A stretch of 64,000 bases of DNA. Origin: Flavobacteriales bacterium. GTDB lineage: Bacteria > Bacteroidota > Bacteroidia > Palsa-965. Where the stretch lies: NCBI GenBank assembly GCA_040377305.1, contig JBEIPA010000013.1, forward strand, positions 64,001-128,000, read 5' to 3'. This document shows positions 38,431 to 47,776 of this stretch, piece by piece (the stretch's first letter is position 1; each line of letters starts with the position of its first letter). Both the position numbers and the translations under genes were made by a program. Under the pieces are notes generated by a model, which was not told the origin of the DNA, searched no databases, and worked only from the letters and a program-made list of their open reading frames with translations.

Positions 38431-38472
38431 AATCCTGTTGCTCCCAAAAAGTCGCCTAACAGGCGACTTTTT
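38431..38472 (+). repeat. 16-bp duplicate of the tRNA 3' end followed by a second terminator
   Basis: aatcctgttgctccca equals 38262-38277; followed by aaaagtcgcct-aac-aggcgacttttt. Confidence 0.85.
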
Positions 38473-38538
38473 CCTTTTAATAGATGTACTACAGTAACGA
38501 AGGTGCCCGTGGCAAATACACTCATGTGTTATTCTTTT

Positions 38539-38570
38539 AGCACATTAGCACACTAACACATTAGCACATT
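38539..38570. repeat. 8-mer tandem repeat x4
   Basis: agcacatt agcacact aacacatt agcacatt. Confidence 0.7.
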
Positions 38571-39863
38571 CTAAAGCACTTCTGCCACAACAAACGTCGA
38601 TCCACCCACGAAAATGAGATCGTTTTTGTTCGCCTGGTCTTTCGCTGCCTTCAACGCTGTCTTCACACTTGGAAACGCAGCTCCCTTCAAGCCAAATTCA
38701 CCAGCAGCTACTTGTAGTTCTTCCGAACTCATTGCGCGTGGTAAATCAAACGAACAGAAATAGTAACTCGCATTTTTCGGAAGCAGAGAAAGTATCTTGC
38801 CCGGATCTTTATCATTCACCACACCAATTACCATGTGCAGTTTTTTATATGTGGTATGTTTGAGCTGGGTAATTATTTCGCGAATACCACCTTCGTTGTG
38901 ACCCGTATCTGCAATCACCGGCGGATTTCTTCCAATGGTTTGCCAACGCCCAAGTAATCCGGTTGTCTCTGCAACATCACGAAATCCTTTTCGCATCGCA
39001 AGTTCATCTACGTTCCATCCTAAGCGACGCAATTCTTCAAGCACTGCAATGACCGTGACGAAATTCTTTTTCTGATACTCGCCAATCAATGATGAACGTA
39101 CAGTGACTTTATAACCGGCACGCCCAGCAAGATCAGCAACAACATGTGGCGACGGAACATCACTCACATCCCACTTGCGTACGGAGAAAACTTTATCAGC
39201 AAACATAACCGGTGCACGTTGGGCCGCTGCTTTCGCAACAAAGACGTGAGAAATTTCAGGTTGCGATTCTCCGATGATCACGGGAACATCACGCTTGATG
39301 ATTCCTGCTTTCTCCTTCGCAATTTTCTCCAGCGTGTTGCCCAGAAGATTCATGTGATCGTAACTGATATTGGTGATCACAGAAACTTCAGGAAGTATCA
39401 CATTCGTGGAATCCAGTCTTCCACCTAAACCTGTTTCGATGATCGCAATGTCCACTTTCTTCTCGCGGAAATAATCAAACGCAAGTCCAACAGTCCATTC
39501 GAAAAAAGAGAGATCAATTTTTTCGAAATCAACTTTGTGTCGCTCAACAAATGCCGCGACTTCATCTTTCGAAATCATTTTTCCGTTGACACGAATGCGT
39601 TCACGAAAATCTTTCAGATGCGGTGAAGTGTACAAGCCGGTTTTATATCCCGCTGCCTGTAATACACTCGCGAGCAAATGAGAAGTTGAACCCTTCCCAT
39701 TTGTACCCGCGATGTGAATGCTTTTGAAACTCTCGTGCGGATTGTTCAGCGCTTTGCAGAGAGCAATTGTATTCGAAAGATCTGCTTTGTATGCTGCAGG
39801 ACCGATGCGTTGAAACATCGGCAGACGACTGTATAAATAATCCAGCGTCTGTTGATACGTCAC
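38571..39863 (-). CDS. folC: Folylpolyglutamate synthase / dihydrofolate synthase
   Basis: HIAGTNGKGST, YTSPHL..FRERI, ETGLGGRLDSTN, DTGHN. Confidence 0.96.
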   Translation of the reverse strand: MTYQQTLDYLYSRLPMFQRIGPAAYKADLSNTIALCKALNNPHESFKSIHIAGTNGKGSTSHLLASVLQAAGYKTGLYTSPHLKDFRERIRVNGKMISKDEVAAFVERHKVDFEKIDLSFFEWTVGLAFDYFREKKVDIAIIETGLGGRLDSTNVILPEVSVITNISYDHMNLLGNTLEKIAKEKAGIIKRDVPVIIGESQPEISHVFVAKAAAQRAPVMFADKVFSVRKWDVSDVPSPHVVADLAGRAGYKVTVRSSLIGEYQKKNFVTVIAVLEELRRLGWNVDELAMRKGFRDVAETTGLLGRWQTIGRNPPVIADTGHNEGGIREIITQLKHTTYKKLHMVIGVVNDKDPGKILSLLPKNASYYFCSFDLPRAMSSEELQVAAGEFGLKGAAFPSVKTALKAAKDQANKNDLIFVGGSTFVVAEVL

Positions 39864-40669
39864 TTCAGTGTGAAGTTAAACGAGATGACACACTGTACAA
39901 TTTCCGGACGATCATCATCGGCATTGAAACGCACTTTGTAGGCCGACTGTGTTGCCGTTGCTTTCAACTGTGGATTTCCGGTTGTCGATCCACCAGTCGT
40001 TGCTTCTGCTTTCGTAACAGAACCATCACGATTCACAGAAACACGAACAGAAACTACACCTTCTTCCTGAGTTGGATTTGCAACATCGGGAGAGTATTCA
40101 ATGCGGATGGTTTTATTCGTTCCACCGTTTCCACCTTGTCCGGGAATTCCTCCATCACCAGGTCCAACACCGGGACCATTTCCATCACCGATTCCTGTGC
40201 TGTATGGACCCGAGTTACCTTGTCCTCCAACCGAAACAGAAGTGTTGTTCTTTTTATTCTTCAGTTTGTCGAGCAAGGCTTGTGTTTCGCTGCTTACCGA
40301 TGGTTCTGCATTCGGTGTAGGCTGCGCGTTCGAATGAACATTTGATTCAGAATTCGGATTGGTAATTGCACCGGTTTGTGATGGATTTGAATTTGCATCG
40401 GTTGGATCACTGTTCTGGGATCCCGGATCACCCGTGTTGCCTTGTGATCCTCCACCCATTACTTGATTTGTTCCTCCGGGCATTGGACCATCGTATAATT
40501 CAATCGAAAGTGTTTCCGGATCAGGTGGAATTGCCGGAATGGGTGTTACGATCTTAATCAGCCACAAAAGCAACAATAGTAAAATTGCGAATGACGCGGT
40601 AAGAATACCTGCCGTCGTGTGAGCGCTCTTATCAGGGCGGTCATCAAAAATCTCAACTGCGCTTGTCAT
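39860..40669 (-). CDS. TonB-family energy transducer
   Basis: N-terminal TM, Gly/Pro-rich linker, EEGVVSVRVSVNRDGSV TonB_C-like domain; downstream of exbD. Confidence 0.8.
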   Translation of the reverse strand: MTSAVEIFDDRPDKSAHTTAGILTASFAILLLLLLWLIKIVTPIPAIPPDPETLSIELYDGPMPGGTNQVMGGGSQGNTGDPGSQNSDPTDANSNPSQTGAITNPNSESNVHSNAQPTPNAEPSVSSETQALLDKLKNKKNNTSVSVGGQGNSGPYSTGIGDGNGPGVGPGDGGIPGQGGNGGTNKTIRIEYSPDVANPTQEEGVVSVRVSVNRDGSVTKAEATTGGSTTGNPQLKATATQSAYKVRFNADDDRPEIVQCVISFNFTLK

Positions 40670-40675
40670 GATATC

Positions 40676-41074
40676 TTATTTTGATGGGTTTACCGACAAA
40701 GCAAATTTAATCCCTAATTCTTGTTCGATCTGCATTACATCTGCCAGATCCTGAACGGTGAGCGACTTATCCATGAATAAGATTACACTCTTCGTGTCTT
40801 TTGCTTTCGTTTCTGCCTGAATGACTGGCTTGAGCTGGTCAAAAGGAACAGGCGCATTGTTAACATAGTAATTATGCTGCGCATCTACGGAAAGTGTCAC
40901 TTCACCTTTTGTAATCGTTGCATTGGTTTTCGAGGTCGGCACTTCCAGTGGAATCACGTTCGGATTGACCAGCGTCGAGATAATGATGAAGAACAAGAGC
41001 AGGAAGAACATGATGTCGTTCAGAGATTCTGTAAAGACTTCTGCTCCTTCTCTTTTATGTTTTCTGAGTTTCAT
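40676..41074 (-). CDS. exbD: ExbD/TolR family protein
   Basis: LNDIMFFLLLFFII TM with the conserved Asp. Confidence 0.88.
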   Translation of the reverse strand: MKLRKHKREGAEVFTESLNDIMFFLLLFFIIISTLVNPNVIPLEVPTSKTNATITKGEVTLSVDAQHNYYVNNAPVPFDQLKPVIQAETKAKDTKSVILFMDKSLTVQDLADVMQIEQELGIKFALSVNPSK

Positions 41075-41081
41075 GTTGCGC

Positions 41082-41804
41082 TTATTTCGAAGGCTCGTTA
41101 ATCACGTCGAGGAACTCCAGGCTGCTGCGTTCAATCTTTTTCGCAATGCCATCGATCATGGTATTCAGGAAGTGATAGAACACGAAGGCTATTACACCAA
41201 TAATCAAACCTGCGCCTGAAGAAATCATTTTCTGGTACAAACCGCCAGAAATCGATTTAATGCTGATGTCGCCTGAATTAGCGATATCATAAAAAATGGT
41301 AACCACACCTGCGATGGTGCCGATGAATCCTAACATTGGTGCAATTCGCGCGGTCATTCCAAGAATATGCAGATTCTTCTCCACCTTGGATATTTCAATG
41401 CTGCCTTGTGTTTCGAGCGCTTCGCTGATATCGCGACCCGGTTTTCCGATTCGGGAAATTCCTTTTTCTATAGTACGCGAAACCGGCGTGTTTGAAGCAC
41501 GACATAATTCGCGAGCGGATTCAATTTTTCCGTTGAGCAGATAATCGCGGATGTTCAGCATGAACTGTCTGTCGAGCTTTGCTGCTTTCGAAATCACAAT
41601 CAATCGCTCTATTGCGAAGTAAAGTGTGAGGAGCAAGAGGAGAATGAGCGGAAACATAACCCATCCGCCTTTGAGTAGTAGCTCCATTGGAGTAATTGCC
41701 ACTTCTACCGGAACAGGCGTAACCGTATTTGTAACCGTGGTCGCTGCTGTTGTTGCAGCCGAATCCGTCGGAGAGGTAATTTGAAGGAGAATGTAATTTA
41801 GCAT
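41082..41804 (-). CDS. exbB: MotA/TolQ/ExbB proton channel protein
   Basis: APMLGFIGTIAG, ISGGLY..M..S..GL. Confidence 0.9.
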   Translation of the reverse strand: MLNYILLQITSPTDSAATTAATTVTNTVTPVPVEVAITPMELLLKGGWVMFPLILLLLLTLYFAIERLIVISKAAKLDRQFMLNIRDYLLNGKIESARELCRASNTPVSRTIEKGISRIGKPGRDISEALETQGSIEISKVEKNLHILGMTARIAPMLGFIGTIAGVVTIFYDIANSGDISIKSISGGLYQKMISSGAGLIIGVIAFVFYHFLNTMIDGIAKKIERSSLEFLDVINEPSK

Positions 41805-41854
41805 CTTACGTTGTCTTAGATCTATAACGTGGATTATCCTTCGAAATTATCTAA

Positions 41855-42000
41855 ACAAAAAGGCTCCCGGGTAAGGCCCTGAGCCGATTGTCAACACTGC
41901 CGTGTTGATTCATTCCCGGGAGCGGGCCTACCTGTGTTTTCACGCAGGCAGGCGCGGTCCAGCTTTCCGTCGTCACAGATTACTGGACCGGCCGCGCGAC
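41855..42000 (-). ncRNA. Unclassified GC-rich structured RNA candidate
   Basis: Three consecutive stems with GAAA and GGCA (GNRA) loops on the minus strand, followed by a U tract. Confidence 0.5.
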
Positions 42001-42040
42001 AATCAATGCCCACACAACTGAGCAGGCGAATGCGATTGTG

Positions 42041-42841
42041 TTACTTTAACGAGAAACGGATTGGTTTGCGCATGATGAAATCAACGAGAGTCCCGTTTTC
42101 ATCTTTCGCAGGAGTCCACTTAGGCATGCAGCTCATTACACGAAGTGCTTCCTTGTTGAGTGCAGGATGTGCACCACGAACCACTTTCACATCGCGGTAA
42201 TCACCCTTTGTGTCGACGATGAACTCGACATACACAACACCTTCAATTCCGCTTTCACGGCAAATCTGAGGATAACGAGTGTTCTTCGTGAGGTGATCAT
42301 CCAAACCAGCGCATTCCGGCGGGAAAGGAGTCCAGTCGCGAATGACGAGCGGCGGAGTGGAATCCTGTTTACAGTTGATGCAGTTTCCAACCGGTTGTTT
42401 CACGACAGCACCAGAACCGATTCCAGACGAATCACCTTTCGGATCTCTGCCAGCTTCAAGATTTCCAGGAGGAACACTGTCCGTGTTAGTAATCTTGATA
42501 ATTGATGTCAACGCCTGGGTTCTCGGTCCTATTGCAGCTGCGGTTGTTTTCGGCGGCTCAATCGGTTTTGGAGGAGTAGCTTTCGGCGGATCGTTGGGTT
42601 TCGGAATTCCCGGTACCGGAGTAAGGTCGACAGGAACCGATTGCCATCTGTGTAGGTCGTCTGCTTGCGCAACAAAAGCCCAAGTCATAGATCCACACGT
42701 AAAGAAGAGAATTGCTGCTGCACCGGCAATCAGCATATAACGTCCATACTTGCGCCGGATTTCATACGCTCCATACTTTTTGTTTCGGTTTTCGAAAACA
42801 ATGTCGTTGAAGCTTTGCGAGAGAACAAATTTATTGTCCAT
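42041..42841 (-). CDS. Energy transducer TonB
   Basis: DIVFENRNK.YGAYEIRRKY N-terminus, TM, Pro-rich linker, YP....GIEG.VYVEFIVD..G..EALRV...PKWTPA. Confidence 0.9.
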   Translation of the reverse strand: MDNKFVLSQSFNDIVFENRNKKYGAYEIRRKYGRYMLIAGAAAILFFTCGSMTWAFVAQADDLHRWQSVPVDLTPVPGIPKPNDPPKATPPKPIEPPKTTAAAIGPRTQALTSIIKITNTDSVPPGNLEAGRDPKGDSSGIGSGAVVKQPVGNCINCKQDSTPPLVIRDWTPFPPECAGLDDHLTKNTRYPQICRESGIEGVVYVEFIVDTKGDYRDVKVVRGAHPALNKEALRVMSCMPKWTPAKDENGTLVDFIMRKPIRFSLK

Positions 42842-43181
42842 AATGATCTGTTTTTATCAGGTTAAACATTACTGTTTACAACGTTGGTCAGGGAACCATC
42901 CGTTGTCCTGTAACTCGTCCAGGGTGTACATGTTGTTGCGGGGGAATGTAGGGATGCAACGTTATGTGTAGAACCAGGTCAGGAGTAGAATCAGATCATA
43001 GATGCGTTTAAGTGTGTGTTTCCATAACTCAGATTCCAAAATTTAAAGCAGACAAATCACGAAGAGGGTTACTTGAATGTGTCGGTTGCTTTGCGTTTCA
43101 GAATCTGAGTTTATATTGTTGCTTTCACTTTCTTTAACGCAATGTTAGGGCAGTAGTTGCAATGCAACTATGCATAGTTTG

Positions 43182-43213
43182 CAAGTGGAATGTGAACGAA
43201 TACAAGTGGAATG
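43182..43213. promoter_or_regulatory. Direct repeat caagtggaatg x2 with 21-bp period (LytTR-like site)
   Basis: Copies at 43182-43192 and 43203-43213. Confidence 0.55.
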
Positions 43214-43409
43214 AGTAGTGAAGCAAAGCATACGTCCACACGAATAACGCATACATGCCAGTTGTTTGCCGGAATCAACCAGTGAAGCGAATGAAGTGAA
43301 AAAGGAAATGAATCTTGCAAGTGGCGAAACGCAGCTAAACATGCGTTATGTGTCCGGTCGGAGACGCAGACACCACATTGTGAGTCTGATGTCGGATACT
43401 TACTTCTCG

Positions 43410-44648
43410 CTATACAAGCTTACTCAAAGCAATCCCAAACGCAGCCTGGGCAATTCCTGTTTTCGAATTGTGCTGCTGGTGAGTTTCACGCATTGCGTTT
43501 TCAATCACGCGGGAAACATCGGAGAAAATTGCATCATCCGTTAGCACTGCATCATCACTCATGAGGTATGCAAACACACGCGCCATTCCACAGTTGGAGA
43601 TAAAGTCGGGAACAACGCTCACTTTGTTATCTGTGTATTCTCCGATTGGACCGAAAAAAATTTCTTTATCAGCAAAAGGAACATTCGCGCCGCACGCAAT
43701 TACTTCCAGTCCGTTTGCAACCATCGCGTCTACTTGTTCCTGAGTAACAAGTCGTGATGCAGCTGCCGGAATAAAAATCTCAGCACCGCAGCTCCACACT
43801 TTTTGCGCAATTTCTGCAGCCGACAACATATTATCAGCTTTCAGCTTGTTGCCGTCTTTATTCACCATCAGATTGGTGATAGCAGCAAGGTCTAAACCTT
43901 CCGTAGAAATGATTCCGCCTTCACGATCGATGATGCCCGTAACTCGTGTGCCCATCTGTCCGAGATAATACGCCGCCGTAGAAGCAACGTTACCCCATCC
44001 CTGAATAATTACACGTTTACCTTTTACATCGCCACCCCAAATAGCATAGTAGTGACGAACAGATTCCGCAACACCGTAACCGGTAATCATATCGGATACG
44101 GTCAAGCCATCATGCGGAACATATTTTTTATCCGTAACAACCTTCACCACGCCTAGCTGAAGGTTTGAGATTTTCTTTCCAACCTGTTTGTCATCCTGCA
44201 TGCCGAATGGCGACAATCCGAAATGACCACGCATCACACCTTCCTGGGGATGCATCAATCCATATTTCTCCGTGATCGCAATTACATCATGGATCTGATC
44301 CACGTTCATGTCGCCACCCGTTCCGTAATATGATTTCAGAACCGGAAGCACAGCTTTGAACCAACGCTCAAGCACACCGCGTTTTCTCGGATCAGCAGGA
44401 TCGAAGTTGATTCCCGACTTAGCTCCTCCAATCGGAGGACCCGCGACGGTGAATTTCACTTCCATTGTTTTCGCCAATGATTCTACTTCACGTCGGTCTA
44501 AGCCTTTACGCATACGAGTGCCACCACCGGCAGCACCGCCACGAAGCGAATTGATCACGATCCAACCTTCAGCTTCGGTCTCCGTGTCTTTCCATTCGAA
44601 TACAATTTCGGGGCGTTTGTTCTCGTATTTATTCAGCAGATCTTTCAT
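43410..44648 (-). CDS. Glu/Leu/Phe/Val dehydrogenase family protein
   Basis: GGGTRM, IGGAKSGI, IQGWGNVA, GANVPF, PDFISNCG. Start moved to MKDLL. Confidence 0.92.
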   Translation of the reverse strand: MKDLLNKYENKRPEIVFEWKDTETEAEGWIVINSLRGGAAGGGTRMRKGLDRREVESLAKTMEVKFTVAGPPIGGAKSGINFDPADPRKRGVLERWFKAVLPVLKSYYGTGGDMNVDQIHDVIAITEKYGLMHPQEGVMRGHFGLSPFGMQDDKQVGKKISNLQLGVVKVVTDKKYVPHDGLTVSDMITGYGVAESVRHYYAIWGGDVKGKRVIIQGWGNVASTAAYYLGQMGTRVTGIIDREGGIISTEGLDLAAITNLMVNKDGNKLKADNMLSAAEIAQKVWSCGAEIFIPAAASRLVTQEQVDAMVANGLEVIACGANVPFADKEIFFGPIGEYTDNKVSVVPDFISNCGMARVFAYLMSDDAVLTDDAIFSDVSRVIENAMRETHQQHNSKTGIAQAAFGIALSKLV

Positions 44649-44831
44649 TGTCGCGTTGCGATTCTTGGGAAGGAAATTTTGGTGGCGCAAAAATACTAAA
44701 TCATTATCATGTGCGCGGTATATACTTTTTTCCCTACCCGCGGTGGAATTCTCAGAAAAAATATTTTTTTGAACGATTGCACCACATGAAAAAATATCAT
44801 TCTAACTTTAGGCTAAAGAAAATCATCGGGG

Positions 44832-45134
44832 ATGAAAAAAGTTAGCAAGACAACGAAAACTGCAGTGACTGCCAAAGCGAAACCCGCAGCAAAAGTTGCA
44901 ACTTCTTCAAAGAAGAAGAGTGAAGAGGATATCGATGACGAAGATATTCCGGAAGAGATAGAATCAGATGAAGAGGTAGAGGAGAATGACGACTACGAGC
45001 GTCCCGATCCGGAAGATGCTATCGACGAGCCAGATCCTAAGAAAGTGAAAATTGAAGAAGTTGAGTTGGACGATCTCGATTTGGATCTCGATGACGAAGA
45101 CGATGATAAATTCTACAATGAAGATACATTCTAG
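44832..45134 (+). CDS. Small, probably disordered protein with basic N-terminus and acidic C-terminus
   Basis: Fills the gap between genes and is followed by the terminator aaacctcgc-tt-gcgaggttttttt. Confidence 0.7.
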   Translation: MKKVSKTTKTAVTAKAKPAAKVATSSKKKSEEDIDDEDIPEEIESDEEVEENDDYERPDPEDAIDEPDPKKVKIEEVELDDLDLDLDDEDDDKFYNEDTF

Positions 45135-45288
45135 CTAACAAACAGCTTATGTTCAAACCTCGCTTGCGAGGTTTTTTTTGCCTTATACAAACCGCGTCTA
45201 TATGATAAAATTATAGAATGATAAGATTGGGTCGCTAGTATTGACAAATCGCATTATCCAATCATCTTATCATCCAATAATCCCATCA

Positions 45289-46332
45289 TCATTTCGGAGT
45301 GTGGATAGTACCACCACAGCTATCCCGACTCGCGCCCGTCACGGAGGCAAGTGCGTTCACTTTATCGTGTAATCGCAGATAGCCCAGCAACGCGAAGATG
45401 AGCGCTTCTTTGAACTGCACCGTTTCATCATCGGGAATTACGATTTGCGCCTTGCTGTGTTTCTTCAGTTCTCCAATGAAAAACTTGTTGTAAGCACCTC
45501 CGCCTGTCACAAGCATTTTACCTTCACCTGTGCATACACGAGCTGTTTGTTTCGCAGCGTGAATTGCAAACGTGTGCAGCTGATCTTCGGGCGACATTTT
45601 TTCACTCAGCAGTGGAAATATATTTTTCTCAACCCATTCTCTGCCGAGTGATTTCGGTGGAGACTGTGAAAAATAAGGAAGCGCATCCAGTTCTTCTCCC
45701 AGCGCTGCATGGTATTTCCCCTTTGCCGCAAGCTTGCCGCCTGTATCATATTCCTGACCCCGACGTTGCGCAATTCTGTTCATCACGTAATTGAGTGGAA
45801 CTACATCAAAGGCTTTTCGCAGTCCGTTTACCTCGAAGGAAATATTCACGAATCCACCGAGGTTCAAACAATACGTGAAATTCCCAAACATCATTTTATC
45901 ACCAATCGGAACCAGTGGCGCACCTTGACCGCCCAATGAAACATCGGTGGTACGGAAATCATTTACAGTCGTGATTCCGGTGATGCGCGCTATTTCACTT
46001 CCGCTTCCCGACTGGAATGTGTACCCGTTCGCCGGATCATGAAAAATGGTGTGCCCGTGAGACGCGATGTAGTCGGGTTTCTCAGTACCCAGAAATTTCA
46101 CGCACATTTCGCCGAGCAGCTGACCATATTCTTTGTCGTGCGTCGCCAGTTCTTCACCCGATGTCTTTTCAGCATCCTTGAGCTTCTGTTTCCATTCGGC
46201 AGAATAGGGGAGGGTTTGTGCTCTCAGGATTTTATACTTCGTCCCGGCACCTGAAATGCGACATAACGCAAGATCCAATCCATCGAGGGAAGTGCCAGAC
46301 ATCAGTCCTAGAATGGTCAGTGAATCCTGCAT
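45289..46332 (-). CDS. anmK: Anhydro-N-acetylmuramic acid kinase
   Basis: GLMSGTSLDGLD, SHGHT, GGQGAPLVP, PKSLGRE, GGGAYN, KEALIFA. Confidence 0.95.
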   Translation of the reverse strand: MQDSLTILGLMSGTSLDGLDLALCRISGAGTKYKILRAQTLPYSAEWKQKLKDAEKTSGEELATHDKEYGQLLGEMCVKFLGTEKPDYIASHGHTIFHDPANGYTFQSGSGSEIARITGITTVNDFRTTDVSLGGQGAPLVPIGDKMMFGNFTYCLNLGGFVNISFEVNGLRKAFDVVPLNYVMNRIAQRRGQEYDTGGKLAAKGKYHAALGEELDALPYFSQSPPKSLGREWVEKNIFPLLSEKMSPEDQLHTFAIHAAKQTARVCTGEGKMLVTGGGAYNKFFIGELKKHSKAQIVIPDDETVQFKEALIFALLGYLRLHDKVNALASVTGASRDSCGGTIHTPK

Positions 46333-46340
46333 TTTTCAAA

Positions 46341-46463
46341 GATAGGAGATGGGAGATAGGAGTCGGGAGGTCGCGCGCATAAACCTTTAAGGTTTTTAAA
46401 ACCTTAAAGGTTTGTACGCTTTCGCGATTTTTACTCCCGTCTCCCAACTCCTAACTCCCAACT
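46341..46463. repeat. Heptamer tracts in inverted arrangement enclosing compound palindrome copy 2
   Basis: gataggagatgggagataggagtcgggag .. aaacctttaaggtttt-t-aaaaccttaaaggttt (46381-46413) .. ctcccgtctcccaactcctaactcccaac. Confidence 0.75.
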
Positions 46464-46503
46464 ATTCCCGATATTTGGCGTCCACACTTAAACCATCCTA
46501 ACC

Positions 46504-47643
46504 ATGTTTTTTGAATTATCTGAAGAGCACCGCGCAGTACAACAAGCAGCACGCGATTTCGCACAAAACGAACTCAAGCCTGGCGTAATTGAACGCGACG
46601 AGCTTCAGAAGTTTCCTACTGAGCAAATCAAAAAACTGGGCGAGCTCGGATTTCTTGGAATGATGGTTGATCCGAAGTACGGCGGCGGCGGAATGGACGC
46701 TATCTCCTACGTACTCGCAATGGAAGAAATCTCCAAAGTCGATGCCTCTTGCTCCGTGGTCATGTCGGTGAACAATTCACTGGTGTGCTGGGGACTCGAA
46801 TCATTCGGAACAGAAGAACAAAAACAGAAATACCTCGTGCCACTGGCGAAAGGTGAAATCATCGGCGCATTCTGTCTTTCAGAACCGGAAGCAGGATCGG
46901 ATGCAACTTCACAGCGCACAACGGCAATTGACAAAGGCGATCACTATCTCCTCAACGGAACGAAGAACTGGATTACCAATGGTAACAGCGCTTCTGTTTA
47001 TCTCGTCATTGCACAAACAGATGCCGATAAAGGTTCACGCGGAATCAATGCATTCATCGTTGAAAAAGGAATGCCTGGATTCGTAGTAGGACCGAAAGAA
47101 AATAAAATGGGAATCCGTGCATCGGATACGCACTCCTTGATGTTCACAGATGTGAAAGTTCCGAAGGAGAACCGCATCGGAGAAGACGGATTCGGTTTCA
47201 AATTCGCGATGAAAACATTGACTGGCGGACGAATCGGAATTGCTGCACAAGCTCTCGGAATTGCTGCTGGTGCATACGAACTTGCACTTGCTTATTCGAA
47301 AGAGCGCAAAGCATTCGGAAAGACAATCAACCAGCACCAGGCCATTGCTTTCAAACTTGCTGATATGGCAACTGAAATTGAAGCAGCACGTTTGCTGTGT
47401 TTGCGTTCTGCGTGGATGAAAGATCAGCACATGGATTATGGAACTGCATCTGCAATGGCGAAACTTTACGCTTCACGCGTTGCCATGTGGGTGACTACCG
47501 AAGCAGTTCAGGTGCACGGAGGATACGGTTACGTGAAAGAATACCATGTTGAACGTTTAATGCGCGATGCTAAAATCACGCAGATCTACGAAGGAACTTC
47601 AGAAGTACAGAAGATCGTAATCTCACGCAGCGTACTCAGCTAA
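46504..47643 (+). CDS. Acyl-CoA dehydrogenase (short/branched-chain type)
   Basis: GAFCLSEPEAGSDA, LNGTKNWITNG, QVHGGYGY, IYEGTSE. Confidence 0.95.
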   Translation: MFFELSEEHRAVQQAARDFAQNELKPGVIERDELQKFPTEQIKKLGELGFLGMMVDPKYGGGGMDAISYVLAMEEISKVDASCSVVMSVNNSLVCWGLESFGTEEQKQKYLVPLAKGEIIGAFCLSEPEAGSDATSQRTTAIDKGDHYLLNGTKNWITNGNSASVYLVIAQTDADKGSRGINAFIVEKGMPGFVVGPKENKMGIRASDTHSLMFTDVKVPKENRIGEDGFGFKFAMKTLTGGRIGIAAQALGIAAGAYELALAYSKERKAFGKTINQHQAIAFKLADMATEIEAARLLCLRSAWMKDQHMDYGTASAMAKLYASRVAMWVTTEAVQVHGGYGYVKEYHVERLMRDAKITQIYEGTSEVQKIVISRSVLS

Positions 47644-47776
47644 CCGCAGCGGCGCGGCGCCGCAAGTGACGCATAGAAATAGTTTGTCCCGGTTAACCAA
47701 GGTTAGCCGGGACAATTTTTTGAGGTAGTACTTCCAATTAGAAATCTAACGTTGCGTCGCTGCGCCGCTGCGGTTA
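47641..47776. repeat. REPIN-like 25-bp inverted repeat enclosing a terminator hairpin between convergent genes
   Basis: taaccgcagcggcgcggcgccgcaa / ttgcgtcgctgcgccgctgcggtta (2 mismatches); inner ttgtcccggttaacc-aa-ggttagccgggacaa. Confidence 0.75.

Noticed and set aside
38262-38446. Intact prophage or genomic island at tRNA-Val
   Set aside because: Only 153 bp lie between the duplicated ends and no integrase is present; kept only as a possible scar.
42010-42040. NiCo riboswitch-like start (caactgagcaggc)
   Set aside because: The remaining conserved segments are absent and it lies on the strand opposite the flanking genes.
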